From the NCBI GenBank assembly GCA_030141605.1, contig JAQGDQ010000002.1:2480001-2544000 (forward strand): a stretch of DNA of 64,000 nt, given 5' to 3'. The DNA comes from Tubiluchus corallicola. Lineage: Eukaryota; Animalia; Priapulida. The notes beneath the pieces were generated by a model. The model had not been told where the DNA came from. It searched no databases and saw only the letters and a program-made list of their open reading frames with translations. Position 1 is the stretch's first letter, and each line of letters begins with the position of its first letter. Positions 43,101 to 57,950 of the stretch are shown here, piece after piece. Position numbers and translations under genes: made by a program.

Positions 43101-46100
43101 CAAACTTTTGCTGTAAAACTATATTGGAGAAAACAAAATGTTCTATGTCTACGTCTATGGGATAGAACAGATAGCATTGCTGGGGATATTAAATAACCTG
43201 AAATACGTAGTCACTTGTGTTAGCACTTAATACCTACTTAGTTTACCTCAAAATATCACCGTTTGCAGCTCAAGAATTACCGAAGTAATTATTCATTATA
43301 GATGTACTGTACTCTAACTATTTCCTCTTCAACATATTGAAAGTTTAGAAAACACACGAAGTTAAAGACCAGTAACATGAGTTTTCGCTAAATATATGTC
43401 CGCTATCACCTATCAAGTCCACTAACCACTGTGTTTTTAATTTTCAGTAGTTTAATAATTGAACCAAATCAGCATTAAGATGAATGTAACACGTTATTAA
43501 ACTAAAACATAAACTCGAAAATTAGAAGGCTACTTTTTATTAGCTAGCAACCGGTTAGCCAGACACGACTCTGCGACAACTAGTCAGTTACAGAAAAACC
43601 ATACCTTGGTGTCAAGAAAACTTGGCAAACTTTTTTGATGAATTAAACACAGATATGTCACAATTTTTATATGACTGAAATTATCGCTGTAATAAAATTA
43701 TTAATCTTCTTAAAAAACGGGATGATGACAAGTAGTGCGGTACCAGTACAACATTAAGAAGTCACTAAACAGTAGCAGCAGCTTGCAAGCTCTGTGTGAC
43801 AGCAAACCAACATTACCAGTTATATCATTTGAAAGCAAATCTTGCATTAACACTTAGCGAAATACTACACTTACCGGTAACGTATCAGTACGAAATGTAA
43901 AGCCCTTCGTTCATATAGTTTTCAACATTTTTTGTACTTAAGAATTACACGTATATTACAACACTATAACCAATTTGTTCAAATGACGGAATCATTACAA
44001 CCTACACAAAAGATTGCAACGGACTACGGAAAACCCACTCAGCCTCACTGACGACTATACACTAAGCTACTGTAGGATTTGGTTTGAAGTATCTGCTGCT
44101 TGAGGCCGCCACCAAACAGTCTAGTGCTATACATGCATCTGCTTTGTCAACCTAATCTGCTAGCATTATGATTATTAGGTTATTAGTCATAAAATTTAAG
44201 AGGAATCTCAGGAAGGGAAGTGTGTTATAAGCAGCACTACAGACGGTTCAATCAAATCGCATTATAATTATAATAATCGAGTCAGCTAGTGTGAATTTAT
44301 AGGGTTATTAAACAACTATTCATGTTACGTGTATTTTAATAAATTCATTCCTGTTACTGGCAACTTACTGTAGACATTATCATACCTGGCGATTTAGACA
44401 ATGCTTGTGTAACCTCTCTACCGTTTCCATTAATTTTGGTACTTTGTGTCTCACAACCTTTTCAGGAAACGTGGCGCTAGATTAGGCTAAGCAGTAAGTG
44501 TAGCAATGTAGTCAAAGAATTTTACTCTCAGCGAATAGAACAAAGCAATGCGTAATATACTATTAATGCCAAGTGCGTTAAAAATACACCAGAGTTTGAG
44601 CATGGATTTTAACTTGTCTTTTCACTAGCGGTGAAAAGGGCGTTCTTGTAGTTATGTTTATCGCTGCGGGCTAATTGTTAGTACGCTGAAGAAGATATGA
44701 GCAAGCTTGGCCTCTTACATTTTTTTTAACAAGTCCTGACCTACGAGGACAAGTAGGATTTCCTTATGGTGGGCATTTGACCATTTGCTCTTTCGAATAT
44801 GGTGATATTAGTGATGTACTAGCCGAGCCATTTTGATGTTTGGGTGGAGAGAAGCCTTAATAGTGGACATGTTCAAGTTTTTTTTATGTCAAGACGAGTG
44901 AGTGTCCAAGTTTCGCAGCTGTATAGCAAGGTTAAGACGACGACACTCTGATAGACCATGAAATTCATTTCTGGGTTTAGGTGTGTTCTTAAACACTCGT
45001 TCTTAAACACCACGTATGCTACGTGGGATCCTCTATTTCAATATTCGATACCTGTTTCTAAAGTGCATTTGTTAGAGGGCAGATCTCCTACATAGGACCT
45101 ACGGAAGGTGGTCTACACCTGGCTGAGCGGAGTGTCAGAGATGGTGAAATTGCATCCTTAGTCAATAAATCACTTAACTTTCCGGCTTACTTTACATGCT
45201 TGCTTAATTTAACAAATTTGCTAAGTCGCTTTGTGCGTTTTAGTTTTCCTCTCAAGAGAATGAAGCTTAAACACAAAATGTGCTGTAGATTGGATTTTTG
45301 CAAATATTTATCATCTTTTTTATCTAATAAGGTTTTAACGCTCGATCCTGGTTTTTTGATGCCGCACTTCTCCGCACGTTCCCAGATGGTTTAAATTAAC
45401 ATGTACCTTTCACCTGTGGCACAATTCCACACCTCACTGGCGTAAAAAGCTGAAACTATTAGTGAATTAAATGGCATGATGCGTTTCTCAGCTTATACCC
45501 AATTTTTTGAGACGGAACAATAAATGAAACCGCTGAATTGCAATATGCCTAGGTAATGTATAATATATCCACAGGAAAGTTAGATTAAATACGAATTATG
45601 TTCATCTTACACTTTGCTAAAGCCACTTTGCGCATTATACAGATCATCATCCTAGCTATTATTATAAAATTATTATAGGTAAAGTGTGAAAGTGTTTATT
45701 TGACAAATAAACAAAACATTTATTTGACACTTTTCTTGAAATGCTTAGCTATTATATGAAATGCCTTGGAGTTTTATAAAACGTCTAAATTTGGCATATT
45801 TCCTGTAACGTATATGCAAATTCCCGTGACGTATTATAAATATGGCTTGGTTTTTATAATTTCTAAATAGAACTCAGCAGATTTGTTCAAATTATATCTT
45901 ATTACATTATGAATTTTAGGACTCGGAAATGTATTAATTAGAAATGGTTATACAGTTTTTTTTATAAGTGTGTAAATAAGTTTTTAAATGAGTTACATTC
46001 TCACAAAACTATTGCCACTACAGTTCAGAAAAACCTGTCGCTCCGTGGTAGTCTTGTCTTTGCAGGTCAAGAGATTTTACGTTGTTTAAAAATTAATTTC

Positions 46101-47490
46101 TCCAAGTTGAATATACGGTAATTTTCAAAGCTACTGTTCAACTCAGTGACTTCTTTCCTTTTAAGGATAGAACGCCTTTTCTTTTCAAGCCTTGTGTAGT
46201 TTATAAGTATTCGTACTGCAAAGTTACATATTTAGAAAAAACTAAGCGTCACCCAATCACAAGAAATGGAAACCACTGTCCCTTAACTGGCAAAGAAATT
46301 ATTGTCTGATAATTCTGCTGTAAAGAACACGTTAGTTTCACTGATCATTCTGTCTCTAATGACTTTAAAGTTTTCACATTATTATCTAATGATTATTTCT
46401 TAAAGATCAAAGGAAGTTTGCACATTAAATTTGACAACGCAGTTTTAAATTCTAGTGGAACAGTAGTTGTACTGTCTTTGTGTTAATCCTTTATTTGCAT
46501 TATTGTTATTGTTTTTACAGTATAAAGTTCTAAATTTTTTCTTCATTTTTATTTGACTGACGATGAGTACCGAAAGCTACCTATCTGACTAAATTTGTCA
46601 ACAAGTTATATTTTCCTGCTGTTTCGTTGATGCGTTCATTTTTATTTGACAGACAATGTCTTCTGTAAATATAAGCAGTTTCAGCTAGCTTAGGTTTAGT
46701 TATTAATTCACATGTACGTATTTGTTAAATTGTTGGTTAACTTACATAATAGTTATAATTGAGTCATAATTGCTTCTGTGTTAGGGGTTTATAATTTTTA
46801 GGTTGCAGAGTTAGGGTTAATCAGAGACGGTTAACTGAGGGATAACACAGAATTAGACCATAGAGTTTAAAAAATTGCAATACGTAATATCTAAATACAG
46901 TTTCACTATTAAACATTACAAACAAAGTAATTTAATTTACGTGCATACACTATTCAAACACATTAAAAAAAATTTGGTGATCTGATGCTAATCAGTCTAT
47001 GGCCTAATATCATCCATTCAGTTAAACAAATTCGTCTAATCGTTTTCCGTACTATTTTCGCAGCAACATGAGTGATGTAATAATGTCTTACAGTTTTAGC
47101 TATCTATATAAAGGTATAAATAACTTCCATTAAGTTAGATCATACTTTCTTTTCGCTCTTTTGTAGCTAGTGTTAAATAAATTATTAGCAAGCTTTAAAT
47201 TAATAATACTTCCATTTGTATAACTGTAACCGTATTTTGTTTATTTGTGTTTAAACCATAATATTTTTACATGTATGAACTGTCTTTTGCCGTCATATGT
47301 ACTTTTCACAATTTGGAAAAATAAATAGAATTGAATTTTAATGAATTTAATCGTTAACACTTCTCCTTGGGGTAATTATAATAACATCAGAAAGTAGTCA
47401 TTTTATTTTTTCACAAATTAACTGTAAAGTTTAAAAGTGATAGTCAACCAGGTTTAAAATCTGTACTAAATCGTGAAACATGTAACAATG

Positions 47491-48238
47491 TTACATTTTT
47501 GGTTGAGATTCCGTTTGTCGCAGTGGCTTTGGTTTGCTAGAGACCGTAGAGTAAGACTGAGAAGCTAAGGTTGGCATACTTTCTAAAGCTTTTGCTGGTA
47601 CGCCTTTCTCAACTTTAGAATCAGAGGTCGCGTTTGACACTGCCTGTCGACTTGCTTTATTCTCAACATATTTTCTTCCTCGCCCTTTAAGTCTTCCTCC
47701 GGCAGCATTTCGTTGTTGCCCCACAACTTTTCCGTGAGGTAGTTTGCTTCGACTTGTAGTAATGGTGACATCGCTTGCTAAAGATTTGTTTGACATTGTC
47801 CCGCTACTGCTACCTAAGTTTTCAAAGTTCATGTCTCTCCAGTGTTTTGATGATTCTGAAAAACTGCTAGACATGTCACCCATTGAAACCTTGGCTTCCT
47901 CAGCATCAGATTTGCCCTTAGGCGCAAACGATCTTTGCGGTCTATTAGGGGAATCACCACCAATGTTGAGTAGCCTCTCTTTATGACGTTTTTCCGACCT
48001 TCTATTCTTTATCCTAATAGATTTGTGCGTCAATTTCTGTTTTAACTCTGTGACCCGGTGCTCAAGATTTTCCGTTATTTGTACCTGATCTATTAATTGC
48101 TTTTTCAACTCGTCATTTTCTCTGCAATAGACAAAAATAGGTATAAATCAACGCCGATTACACTGCTATTCTCGTCTTGCCCGTATCTCCCAGAGTTTCT
48201 TATTTTCTTCTTATGTCCTTCTTTCTCTGTTTTTACTC

Positions 48239-48291
<53 letters not shown>

Positions 48292-50861
48292 CCTCCTGAA
48301 ACCTCTCTCACAGACAATACCCTCTCCTTTTTCCAGTCTCGCCCTACCTTTTTTCTCTCTTTGTCTTATTTTTCTTTCTTATTCTCCCACCTCTCTCCTT
48401 CTCTAAGCCTCTGCTCTTCCCATCATTGTTTTTCTTTTTCAAACTACGAAAATTGTTTTCATAAACCTCTCTTCAAAGTTATCACCAGTTACAAAATATT
48501 TTACTTTGTAAAACAGTTACTTTTTGTATCGCATTATTTTGTCCTTGTAAGCGTCCTCCAAGTGATTAGAATAGTCCGAAGATCTCTCAAGCATCCTACC
48601 CGTGTATTCATCTCTGTATTCAGCTATGTTTTGAGATGTCTTGGCAATTTCTAACTTTTCTTTCAACTAGCAAAAAATAATAGCAACACGAACTAATTAT
48701 CAAATTGAAGATTTATAATCTAATGCAACCAGTAGAAAAACTCAAAAAATCATTTACTCACACGAAAGTGGGTAACTATATTACACATCATATATGGATA
48801 AGTTACACCTGTTTTCGAAGTTACAAGACTGATCCTTGGCTTCAAGCTTTAGTCAGTGAGTCCTTAGTCAGTCAAACAGTTATTCAGGCAGTTAATAAAT
48901 AGTCAGTGTCATTCAAGTTGTGAAAAGAAAAGCAATATCACACCTCCTTGTTTTCTGTCTGAAGGTCCTTGATTTTTTGCAGTAAACTGTTCGTGTTAGC
49001 GCCTGAAAAACAATTTAAACATTTGAATATGGTATACAGTTCCATATATGCATAATAAACCCTAGTATATTATAACAGACTTTTCTGTACTACCTCGTTT
49101 GGAGAAATCAAAGTGTTGGAATTATGTATATGTTTAGGGTGCCAAAATCTGTTTGATTCTAAAAAAACGTCCTTTCTTTTTTGAAACAATTAATTCACGA
49201 TCACTAACAGAGCAGGAAATAATCAGTGAGCCGTTCCTTGTTTCACACCACCTGAACGCAAATCTACCGCGATACAAATTGAGTCTTATCGCTAATAACT
49301 AAATAAAATTGGCCTAAATTTAGAAGAAATTATGAGCATTTAACGCGTTTTAATATGCAGGTATGTCCAAATCGTAGAAATAATTGGAATGGTGTTTCCC
49401 TAGTTGCTCCTGGTTTTTTCATCAGGATCCCAAAGACGTCCACCTAGTAGATGAATTGTTCAAACTTCAATCACTTATCGGATTTCGACAAAACCGACCG
49501 ACACCACGTCATAGTGGATCGCCGAATTAACTTTCCAACTACTTTTCCGGTTTTGATAAAACTGGAATCAATGAACTCAATACCAAAAGTTGATAAACGA
49601 TAGTTATTGGATTAAAATATAATAATTTACAAAGAAAAATAAGTGTATGAAACCGCCAAAAGTCTTAAAAATGCTGAGAAAAATTCACACGGCTAAGAAT
49701 ATTTTTTAAAGGATAGATCGCCGAAATAAGCAAATACTTTTTTAGATTTCTGTTTTAGAAACAAGAACCGTAACTGAAGTCGGGAAGTCTATAAGCTACA
49801 GATAATAATTTATTCAAATCATTGGTTAAGGCATCATACAAGGCCAATATTACATATTTACCAGCCACATCTTTTTGTTTGATGTCCTTTTCTTTACTTA
49901 ATATCGGTTGGTCTAATTTTGCTGCCCATCGATCATTTTTAGAATTAGTTTCCAAACAATTGGTCGTTTCCACATGTTTCTTGGAAAAAGCGTCTTGTGA
50001 AGAAAAACGTGCCGCCTTGGTGTCTTCCACACGAAGAATTTCGTCCCGATATCTCGTATTTGATATGTGGCGTTGCTGCTGAAGTGCTCTGAAATTTTCG
50101 TTTTTAACAAAACTCATTTGGTTTTCATACGAATTGCGTTTGATGACGTTTACACCATGTTCTACAGTCTTAATCCTTTTGTAGAGTTCATTTAATCTTG
50201 ATTCCTCCGCAAGACTGTCTTTATTAGACGCTATTGCTTGTGTTGGGGTTGAGATCTTGTGATCCATCGACTTGCTGACAGAAGCAGTCTTTGGATTGCC
50301 CTGAATGCTTGTACCAACTAATGTGATTGATTGATTAATTTTAGGGTGCTCTGTGCGCATCTTTGAATCGGCTTTTGCAGTGTTTAACTGCTCTAAAGCT
50401 GACGCTTTTATTCTGTCTAGACGTTGGTTGATCGTGTATAGACCCCAATTGGCAATCTCTTGGGCAGTCATAACCCTGTCAGAGGTCGGAACAAAATTTT
50501 TTCTGGTATTAACTGTCGTTGTGTTGTTGGGATTTGGAATTTTTCTCGCAGTAAGAATCATGGATTTTTCAGAATACGTTGCAGAACTTTGTGTGTCGTT
50601 AACCGCCGTTCCTTCGCTCAAATCGGAATGTTGATTCAAAGATCCGCGCGTCTTCACCAGACTTTCGAGACTTTGGCGAGAAACTGTGCTCTTTTTTTTA
50701 CCGTCTCGCTGTGACTCTTTCTTTACTTGACCTTTTTGTATTTCATCAGCCAAAACAGGAAGAGTTTCTTCAGAAAATTCCCTGGCATCTTCATGATCAC
50801 TCATTCTCGGTGACCTGTCACCTCCAGCTAAGAAGTTTTTAGCACTTCTTTTTTCTGCCAT
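47491..50861 (-). CDS. uncharacterised 4-exon coiled-coil/low-complexity protein, 611 aa (exons 50861-49862, 49002-48944, 48666-48521, 48121-47491)
   Basis: ORFs 49755..50915 and 47491..48108 are joined by two small exons; all introns GT-AG with matching phases (1,0,2); 1836-nt CDS with no internal stop; AATAAA on the minus strand at 47402-47407. Confidence 0.8.
48241..48290. repeat. (CT)n microsatellite in intron 3 of the uncharacterised gene
   Basis: seen directly. Confidence 0.95.
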
Positions 50862-51525
50862 AAGTACAGCAGTAGTGTTAGCCAAACAGGTTAACAAACA
50901 GGCCGTGAAGTTCAAACGTCCGCTGGCGTTTTACATTGAGCAGCAACAATCATCTTGGTAATAACTCTGAATTTTAAATTTTAGCTCTTCTTGTTATTTA
51001 TCAACCTATTGTGATGTCATGTGTAGAGCGTTTAAAAAACTAGAACTCACAGAAAGCGAAAAGCCACTTTTCCATCATTGTGATCTGTTAAACTGAAAAA
51101 TAACTATGCCACTAGTCAACTTATTTTCAAAGGTACGTTATCTTCATCACGTACCTCCGTTATGTTTATTGTCTTATTGAACATACTGGTCTCCGTGACT
51201 CTGTGTTACATGCTAATTATGTCCGTTGCTCACTTGGCCCTGTCGTCTCCTCGTCCATCAACATAATAATGAACTGTACGAGCATGCAGGGCTTCTTCAG
51301 TGTATAGGCTTATAGGACAATGGGTAGAGGGATCTATAAACTGGGAGCATGCATGCGGAGGAAGTGTGGCTGTGATCAGCAGGCTTTGTCATTTGGTCCA
51401 AGAGGAGCTGAGCCGCGATATTTCGTAAAGAGACACTTATTAACCTAAGTGGAAATTTTGTAGATTGGTTAAGACACTAGTCTCAGCAAAACGCATTGAT
51501 TCTTCAGCCCAATATTTCATCAGTG

Positions 51526-51620
51526 TCATCCTCGTCATCATCATTATCTCCATTATCACAGTCATCATCATCATCATCATCATCGTCATCATCAGCATCA
51601 GCATCATCGTCATCATCATA
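51526..51620. repeat. imperfect (CAT)n microsatellite
   Basis: seen directly. Confidence 0.9.
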
Positions 51621-53523
51621 AGCAACAGCCGCAGTCTGGAAACAGCTTTCTCGTTTCTCATACACAGATCTATAGCGATGACCTTTTCGACTGTTTATGC
51701 TTTCCTCCACCATATGGGCACTATTCTAGAATGTGAAAGTTGGGGCTATTTTGCATTAGTTATTATTAGTTACAAGATACTTTATGACTTACAAAACAGT
51801 CATACGTTTTTGTTTGATGAGGGCAGCAATAATAATGAGTCGACGTTGATGTCAATCATTTTTACGACTGGTCGGGACACTTAATAAATAGCACTGCGCA
51901 GCTGCTTTTTACCTATGAAATCAGCTTACCTGTTAGCCAGCTACCTTTTACTTACCTGAGCTCGAGCGCAAATTTTGTTGTTGATAGAAGACCTGCATTA
52001 TTTTTTGACGTAAATCTGCTGTAGAAAATTTATGACGATGGCATAGAAGTGCGTATAATTATTTATTCATAATTATTCTTAACTAATTAGTCTGTTTAAA
52101 GAATTGTGAGCGTTTTGTTATATACTGGGCCAAAATTTGTCAGCGTGACAGTGTTATGCTTTGTTAATTTGCAAACGCTGTAAAATCCTGTTGATAATTT
52201 AACTTCACAGATTAGACGAAGTCAAATATGAAGTCGATATTGGATGTTAAATTTTCGTTATGTGAGCGTCACGCACAACGACGATAATGAACAGAGTGTT
52301 TTAACATGTGTATTCTGGCATTTGAAAATACTTTCAGTAATCCATCAGCGTCGATACACTGTAGGAGTGTAGGTAGAATGACATTGTTCCTTTATTAACA
52401 TTATATTAGGTAGAATGGCATTGTTCATTTAATCAACTTAACCTCAAATTAAGGTTAATAAATGAACAGCCTTAATACTATAGTGAGTTAATGACCAGTT
52501 CGTGAATCTAAACATTATTAACGACGTGCAAGGTACGTAGTGACGATAGTTACTTCGGTATGGCAAGCTAGCTTTATTTGCCGATGAAACCATTCCCAGA
52601 ATTGCAGAGCGCATGCTAGAAAACAACCAGCCCGTTACATCCGATTTTCAGAATGAGGTACGCCGAGGTAATTAGATTGTTGACATCTCACATTGATAAA
52701 TTGACTGAGCTAAGCTCAACATCAGGTTTATGAATACGTATGAATAATGTGAGCGAACAATGAGATCGGATAAACGAAATCTCGTTAATTTGAACATGGG
52801 GATGAAACTCGTAGACTGATCAGCAATTTACTGACGACACATAGCGTTCAAATTATCACGCTGATTGCAGCGATAAGTGAGAAACATTAATTTTACGTGT
52901 TTGCGGTTATATAATTAATGGTTTACGCTGAATAGTATAGTTCTAGGAAGTTTGCCATCGCAGTAAGTTTTGAATTTTACATTTACTAAAGATTCGTTGA
53001 CTTGAGTCAGTTGTGATATTTCGCAGTTATTTAAACCTTCATGTGTAAGAAGAAATAGATTAGGATTACAAGTGTGAATATACTTGAATTGAAACCACCT
53101 AGGATTTGAAATCAGAAGTAATTTGCACATTTTCACTCGGGTTTTATTGGAATCAAATTTTTAACAAGTGTAGATTTTTTGTCATTTTTGTCTCTGCCTA
53201 ATGCCTACAAACTTGACAAAATTTATGGTTGTCAAAAATGTCTGGATTCTTAAAACAGCGTGCCTTCACACAGAACTACTGTGGTAAAATGTCGCGATTT
53301 TTAAATTCTTTTATTTAACAATTGTTTAAATGTCCTGTAGCTTTCACCTGGTAATAAGCACTAGGATTTAGCTGTCGATTTCAAACGTGTAAAAAGAATC
53401 AGGGATGTTACAGGTAGAAGTAAGCACTGGCCCGTAACATTGCAGTCATTGTAGAATGGTCTCTCTATAGGGTTGCCAAACAGCTTACACTTTTCGAGCT
53501 TTAATTATAATACAATTATAGCA

Positions 53524-53670
<147 letters not shown>

Positions 53671-54795
53671 GACCGGGCTGCGTGTTTTGGAAGTCCGATG
53701 TCGAAAGTTTCGTGTGATACGATATTTAAGTGTCTTCAAAAGAAATACGACGCTCCTGTGACTGAAAGATCGACAAAAGAAAAATGTGTCATTATTAGAA
53801 TCTGGAAAAGTACGTTAGCTAATAATTACAACTCGTTAGCACACATATATATGATGACATGTATAATTAACGTTTATTTCTAAAATGTGCATTTTTATTA
53901 CATCTAGCGAATCCGATGCGTGGCAGTTGTGATTATGACATAGGGCTTAGATGGAAAAAAGGTAGAAAGTAACAGTTTAGATTATATTTATGGATTATGG
54001 GTCATGTGACACCTTAGGCGTGGAGGATTGCTTGTTCTCTCACTAGTTGAATTCTAGCTCGCCACTTTGTTTTTAGGCGCTTAGTAATCGGTTGTAATGA
54101 GAAGCGAAAGACTGTGTTCAACCGCAGTCCGAATGTGGCAAGATTGGGCGTTCGTTCGATTTGCCACTTATCAGTAACTAAAAGCAGGAGTCGGTAACAA
54201 GCTGGGGTTCAAGAACGCTGCCCGACCCCTAACCTTTTTGTTATTAAATTTCGTCGTCTGGGAGGCTTCAAAGTACACTGTAGTGGGAATATTTGAATAA
54301 AGTGCGGCTTCATGTGCCAGATACACATTGGGGAATTTAGTGTAAGTGACGTTCTAAAGCAGTGAGCTACCATCTGACTTTGTTAATTTACAATTTTATT
54401 GTGTAGTAGGTAGTACTGGCAGATTTTTTGCATTAAATTTTCTTCCCAACCCCATTCAGTAATATTAAACAGCTGGTTATTATAACATGAAGCAAATGAA
54501 CTAAATATTGAGTTTAGACCTGACAGTTACAACTCTGCCACATGCGACGTACCTCCGTTAAGTTTATTTACAATAGTAATGTAAATTTACATGGGTGTTG
54601 GTCTAAGTGCTAGACGTGCACGTAATATTCAAAGAACAAGGCAAATAACTATTTTAGCTAAATAGTCTAGTAACGACGCCAGTAATTAAAGCTTCTAGAG
54701 GAAATATTTCAAGCTGGATCATATGAAAATAAAAGCAGCTGTCAGTATTAGGCTCGTCGTTCCAATGCAGGTTCTACCGTTGTCGCTCATTTAGA

Positions 54796-54875
54796 CAGTG
54801 GACATTTTGGCAGAGGACATTTGGGTAGTAGATACTTTGGCAGCGGCAATTGGGCTGTGGACATTTGGGCAGTGA
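54796..54875. repeat. ~15-bp minisatellite (CAGTGGACATTTGGG-like, about 5 copies)
   Basis: degenerate tandem units visible. Confidence 0.7.
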
Positions 54876-55240
54876 CAGTGAATACCTTAAGCAGTACAAG
54901 AGCTACTGAAAGTAACTGCCTAATACCCATTCACATACTTTTTTATGTGATACACTCATGAATATTATCGATTACTGTGTTCACTGTATGAACTTCATTT
55001 TAATTACTACAAGCGTTTCAAAGTACTAGTATTGTAACTATAGGTCGCCCATAAAACAATTCTTCTGTTGTTTGTGAAACTAAAGTTTTTTTTTTATTTT
55101 AATAATGATATCAGCACATATGCTTTAAAAATTGATAAAACTAGAAAAGAAACAATTAAGAGTGCTATTTATTTTCGTAAATACACCAACAATTAATTAA
55201 TACACGGCAAAAGTAATACAGCCTACTTGACTGGCCGCTT

Positions 55241-55431
<191 letters not shown>

Positions 55432-56020
55432 TGCTATTGTTGTTGTTGTTATTATTATTATATAATTTCTTTTTAACAAAAATTAATAAAGACAAAAATT
55501 AAACAACTCTGTTAGTCTGTTACTGCTTTGAGATGGCTGTGGGATAGTAAATCATACTGCGTAACTATTTGTTAGTTTTACCAAAAGTTCAAAAACCTAT
55601 CGAACTTCTATAATAGAAATTAAAATGACGACATAATCACGTTTCCTGGTGACTCTTCATCTGAAACTATCACGAAGTTCTTAAACAGCTCGTAACAATT
55701 GTTTCCAGTTAGTACCTAAAAATCACGACGACAGGGACACGAATTGTATTACTAAAGCAAAATTCACAGCATCAATATAATATAGTCACGTCAATTTTTA
55801 ATAAAGTAGTCACATTATTGGTGAAGCAACATTGAAGCTATATTGACTGATTACACGCTTTTACAGTTTTTACGATGAGTTTTTTAGTTTTCAGAATAAA
55901 CTATAGTAATAAGTTATCAAAACAGCTGCTATGGTAAAACCAAACTAAACTAACATTCATACTGGAAAGCGTAACAGTAAAATCGAGTAAAATCATTCAA
56001 TTTTAATACATTCAGTCCTG

Positions 56021-56092
56021 GGGTTGGGTGACCGAGTGATCAATGTTTTAGACTGGAACCACGCAATCTTGAGTTCGAGACTAGCGGCTGCC
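56021..56092 (+). mobile_element. decayed tRNA-like / SINE head
   Basis: A-box-like TGACCGAGTGAT and B-box GAGTTCGAGAC (56071-56081) at tRNA spacing; cloverleaf degenerate. Confidence 0.45.
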
Positions 56093-56214
56093 AACGCCAG
56101 GGCATATATTAGTAATATATTAGTATAGTATTAGTATATATATGTATGTGTCAGTCTATATTATCAATGTAAAAGGGGTAAAAGAATTGCAGACAAACAA
56201 GTCGGGCATTCGTG

Positions 56215-56367
56215 TACATATTACATTATGCGTTACATTTTTTATTACATTATCAGTTAATTTATTACATTATCGGTTATTTACTGCATCATGCGTTGAT
56301 TTTCTTATTACATTATGCGTTAATTTTTTGGTATTACAATATCGGATATTTATTACATTATCGGTTG
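56215..56367. repeat. ~20-bp minisatellite (TTATTACATTATCGGTT-like)
   Basis: about 7 degenerate units. Confidence 0.75.
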
Positions 56368-57950
56368 CAACTAGCAGCAATGTACAGACTATCACATAAA
56401 TTTTACACACGGTAGCATAAAATACAGGTTTACGATGCACTTCCAATGAAAATACGTTTTGTAGATGAGTCCATGAAAGAATCATATATCGCCTCGTACC
56501 TCGGAAATCTGTCTATGTAGTAACGATTAAGACATTCGTCCACTGATTCTACTAGAGTGACTAAACCGTGTGCTGTAAATCTGGGATCATGTGCCAAGGA
56601 AATATTTGACAAGCATTTTGATAGTAGTATTTGAACATATATTACAGCGTCTGTGGTAGCTAACTGACTATTTGATCTACTTTTCTTTAGGCAATTTGGT
56701 TTTCTTTGTGCTTTTTCCTATTTATTATCATAAAAACTCGAAAATTTTCAGGATGAACACTCAAGGGTTTTTAACGAGAGCCGTCGCAATGTGACACTGT
56801 CAGTCCAGCTGACGTACCATATTGTTTTTATGCTTTGTCTATTCTAATCGGTTTGATTCATCAGACAGCACTTTCCATAAAACTTGCGAAATCAAGAAAT
56901 TTCATTTGTTACAATTTTTTTATAAAAAATCCGAGTAAAACCCGTAGCATGTACATATAACGCAGTGAACGCCTGTAGTTTCCGCACATACTTTGCATGG
57001 CTCGACGGAAATGTTTGTTATTGCTTTTGTGTAATGACTCCCATATCATCGACGTGGAAGAAATTATTAACACGAGCTGAAAATTTGCAGAAATGAATAA
57101 TGTTAGGTTCTTTTCAATCAATAACAGATTGAGCTGTTGCTTTTAACTCGACATGAACCCATAAACGCGATACTCCCAGAATGATTGTGGTTCGTGCTGC
57201 AAATTTAAGAAAATCTAGTTGTTAAAAGATGTTAACGACGAAAACGAAATTTCTCCATCATCCTTTCACTGGGTTTCAGTGATTGCACCGACGGCCAACG
57301 AACAACTCCTATTATTATTGTTCATATCTTTACAATAGACATCGCAGGCTTTAGGTAACTTTTCATGGCCGTGAGGCCTATTTGAGTAAAATAAGAGATT
57401 AAGTCTCTGCTAAAGCACAAGTTTCAATATAATATTTGAAAGGATCATCGATGCTTATATTAACTTCCGCATATTAGCTGGGGGATATTCATACAATAGC
57501 GACAATTACAGAAGCAACAAAGGGGCAAAATTCTAATTAATCATTTAAATTCTATAAATCTCGTTAGAATATTTTTACATTACACCTTGTCGCTGAATTT
57601 AAAATACTGTACCGGTTTACAGCATACCATCGTAAATAAATATACCCGATAATATTATATGCGACTCGTTACCTACATAATCTATGTACCGAGGTGTATA
57701 AAAATACAGTCATCAAGTCTCCTCTCGCGCGCATTTGTATTTATATATCGTTTTTTAAATCTGTATAGTTTTTTTGTAATTAAGGATAGTGCATTTTGTT
57801 GTAATAAAAATAATTTAATAATAATATGTGTTTCCAGTCGGTAAATGAATACTTAATGAGTTTTAATTGTTAAAGGTGGCGATGAACGGTAAGAAAAACA
57901 GCGCAAGTGCAGCTAGACCAGAAAAAGAAGAAAAGGCAACGTGAGGTAAA

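Noticed and set aside
48097-48654. 185-aa + strand ORF and 70-aa ERERE ORF
   Set aside because: Antisense or intronic reading of the (CT)n tract and exon 3 of the minus-strand gene
51440-51884. Poly-Met/Asp/Ile ORFs
   Set aside because: Translations of the (CAT)n repeat
56021-56092. Functional tRNA gene (including tRNA-Sec)
   Set aside because: A and B boxes are present but the stems do not pair, and there is no TCA anticodon loop or long variable arm
57870-57885. TTAAAGGTGGCG as another Kolobok terminus
   Set aside because: No matching inverted end found; better explained as the splice acceptor of the selenoprotein exon
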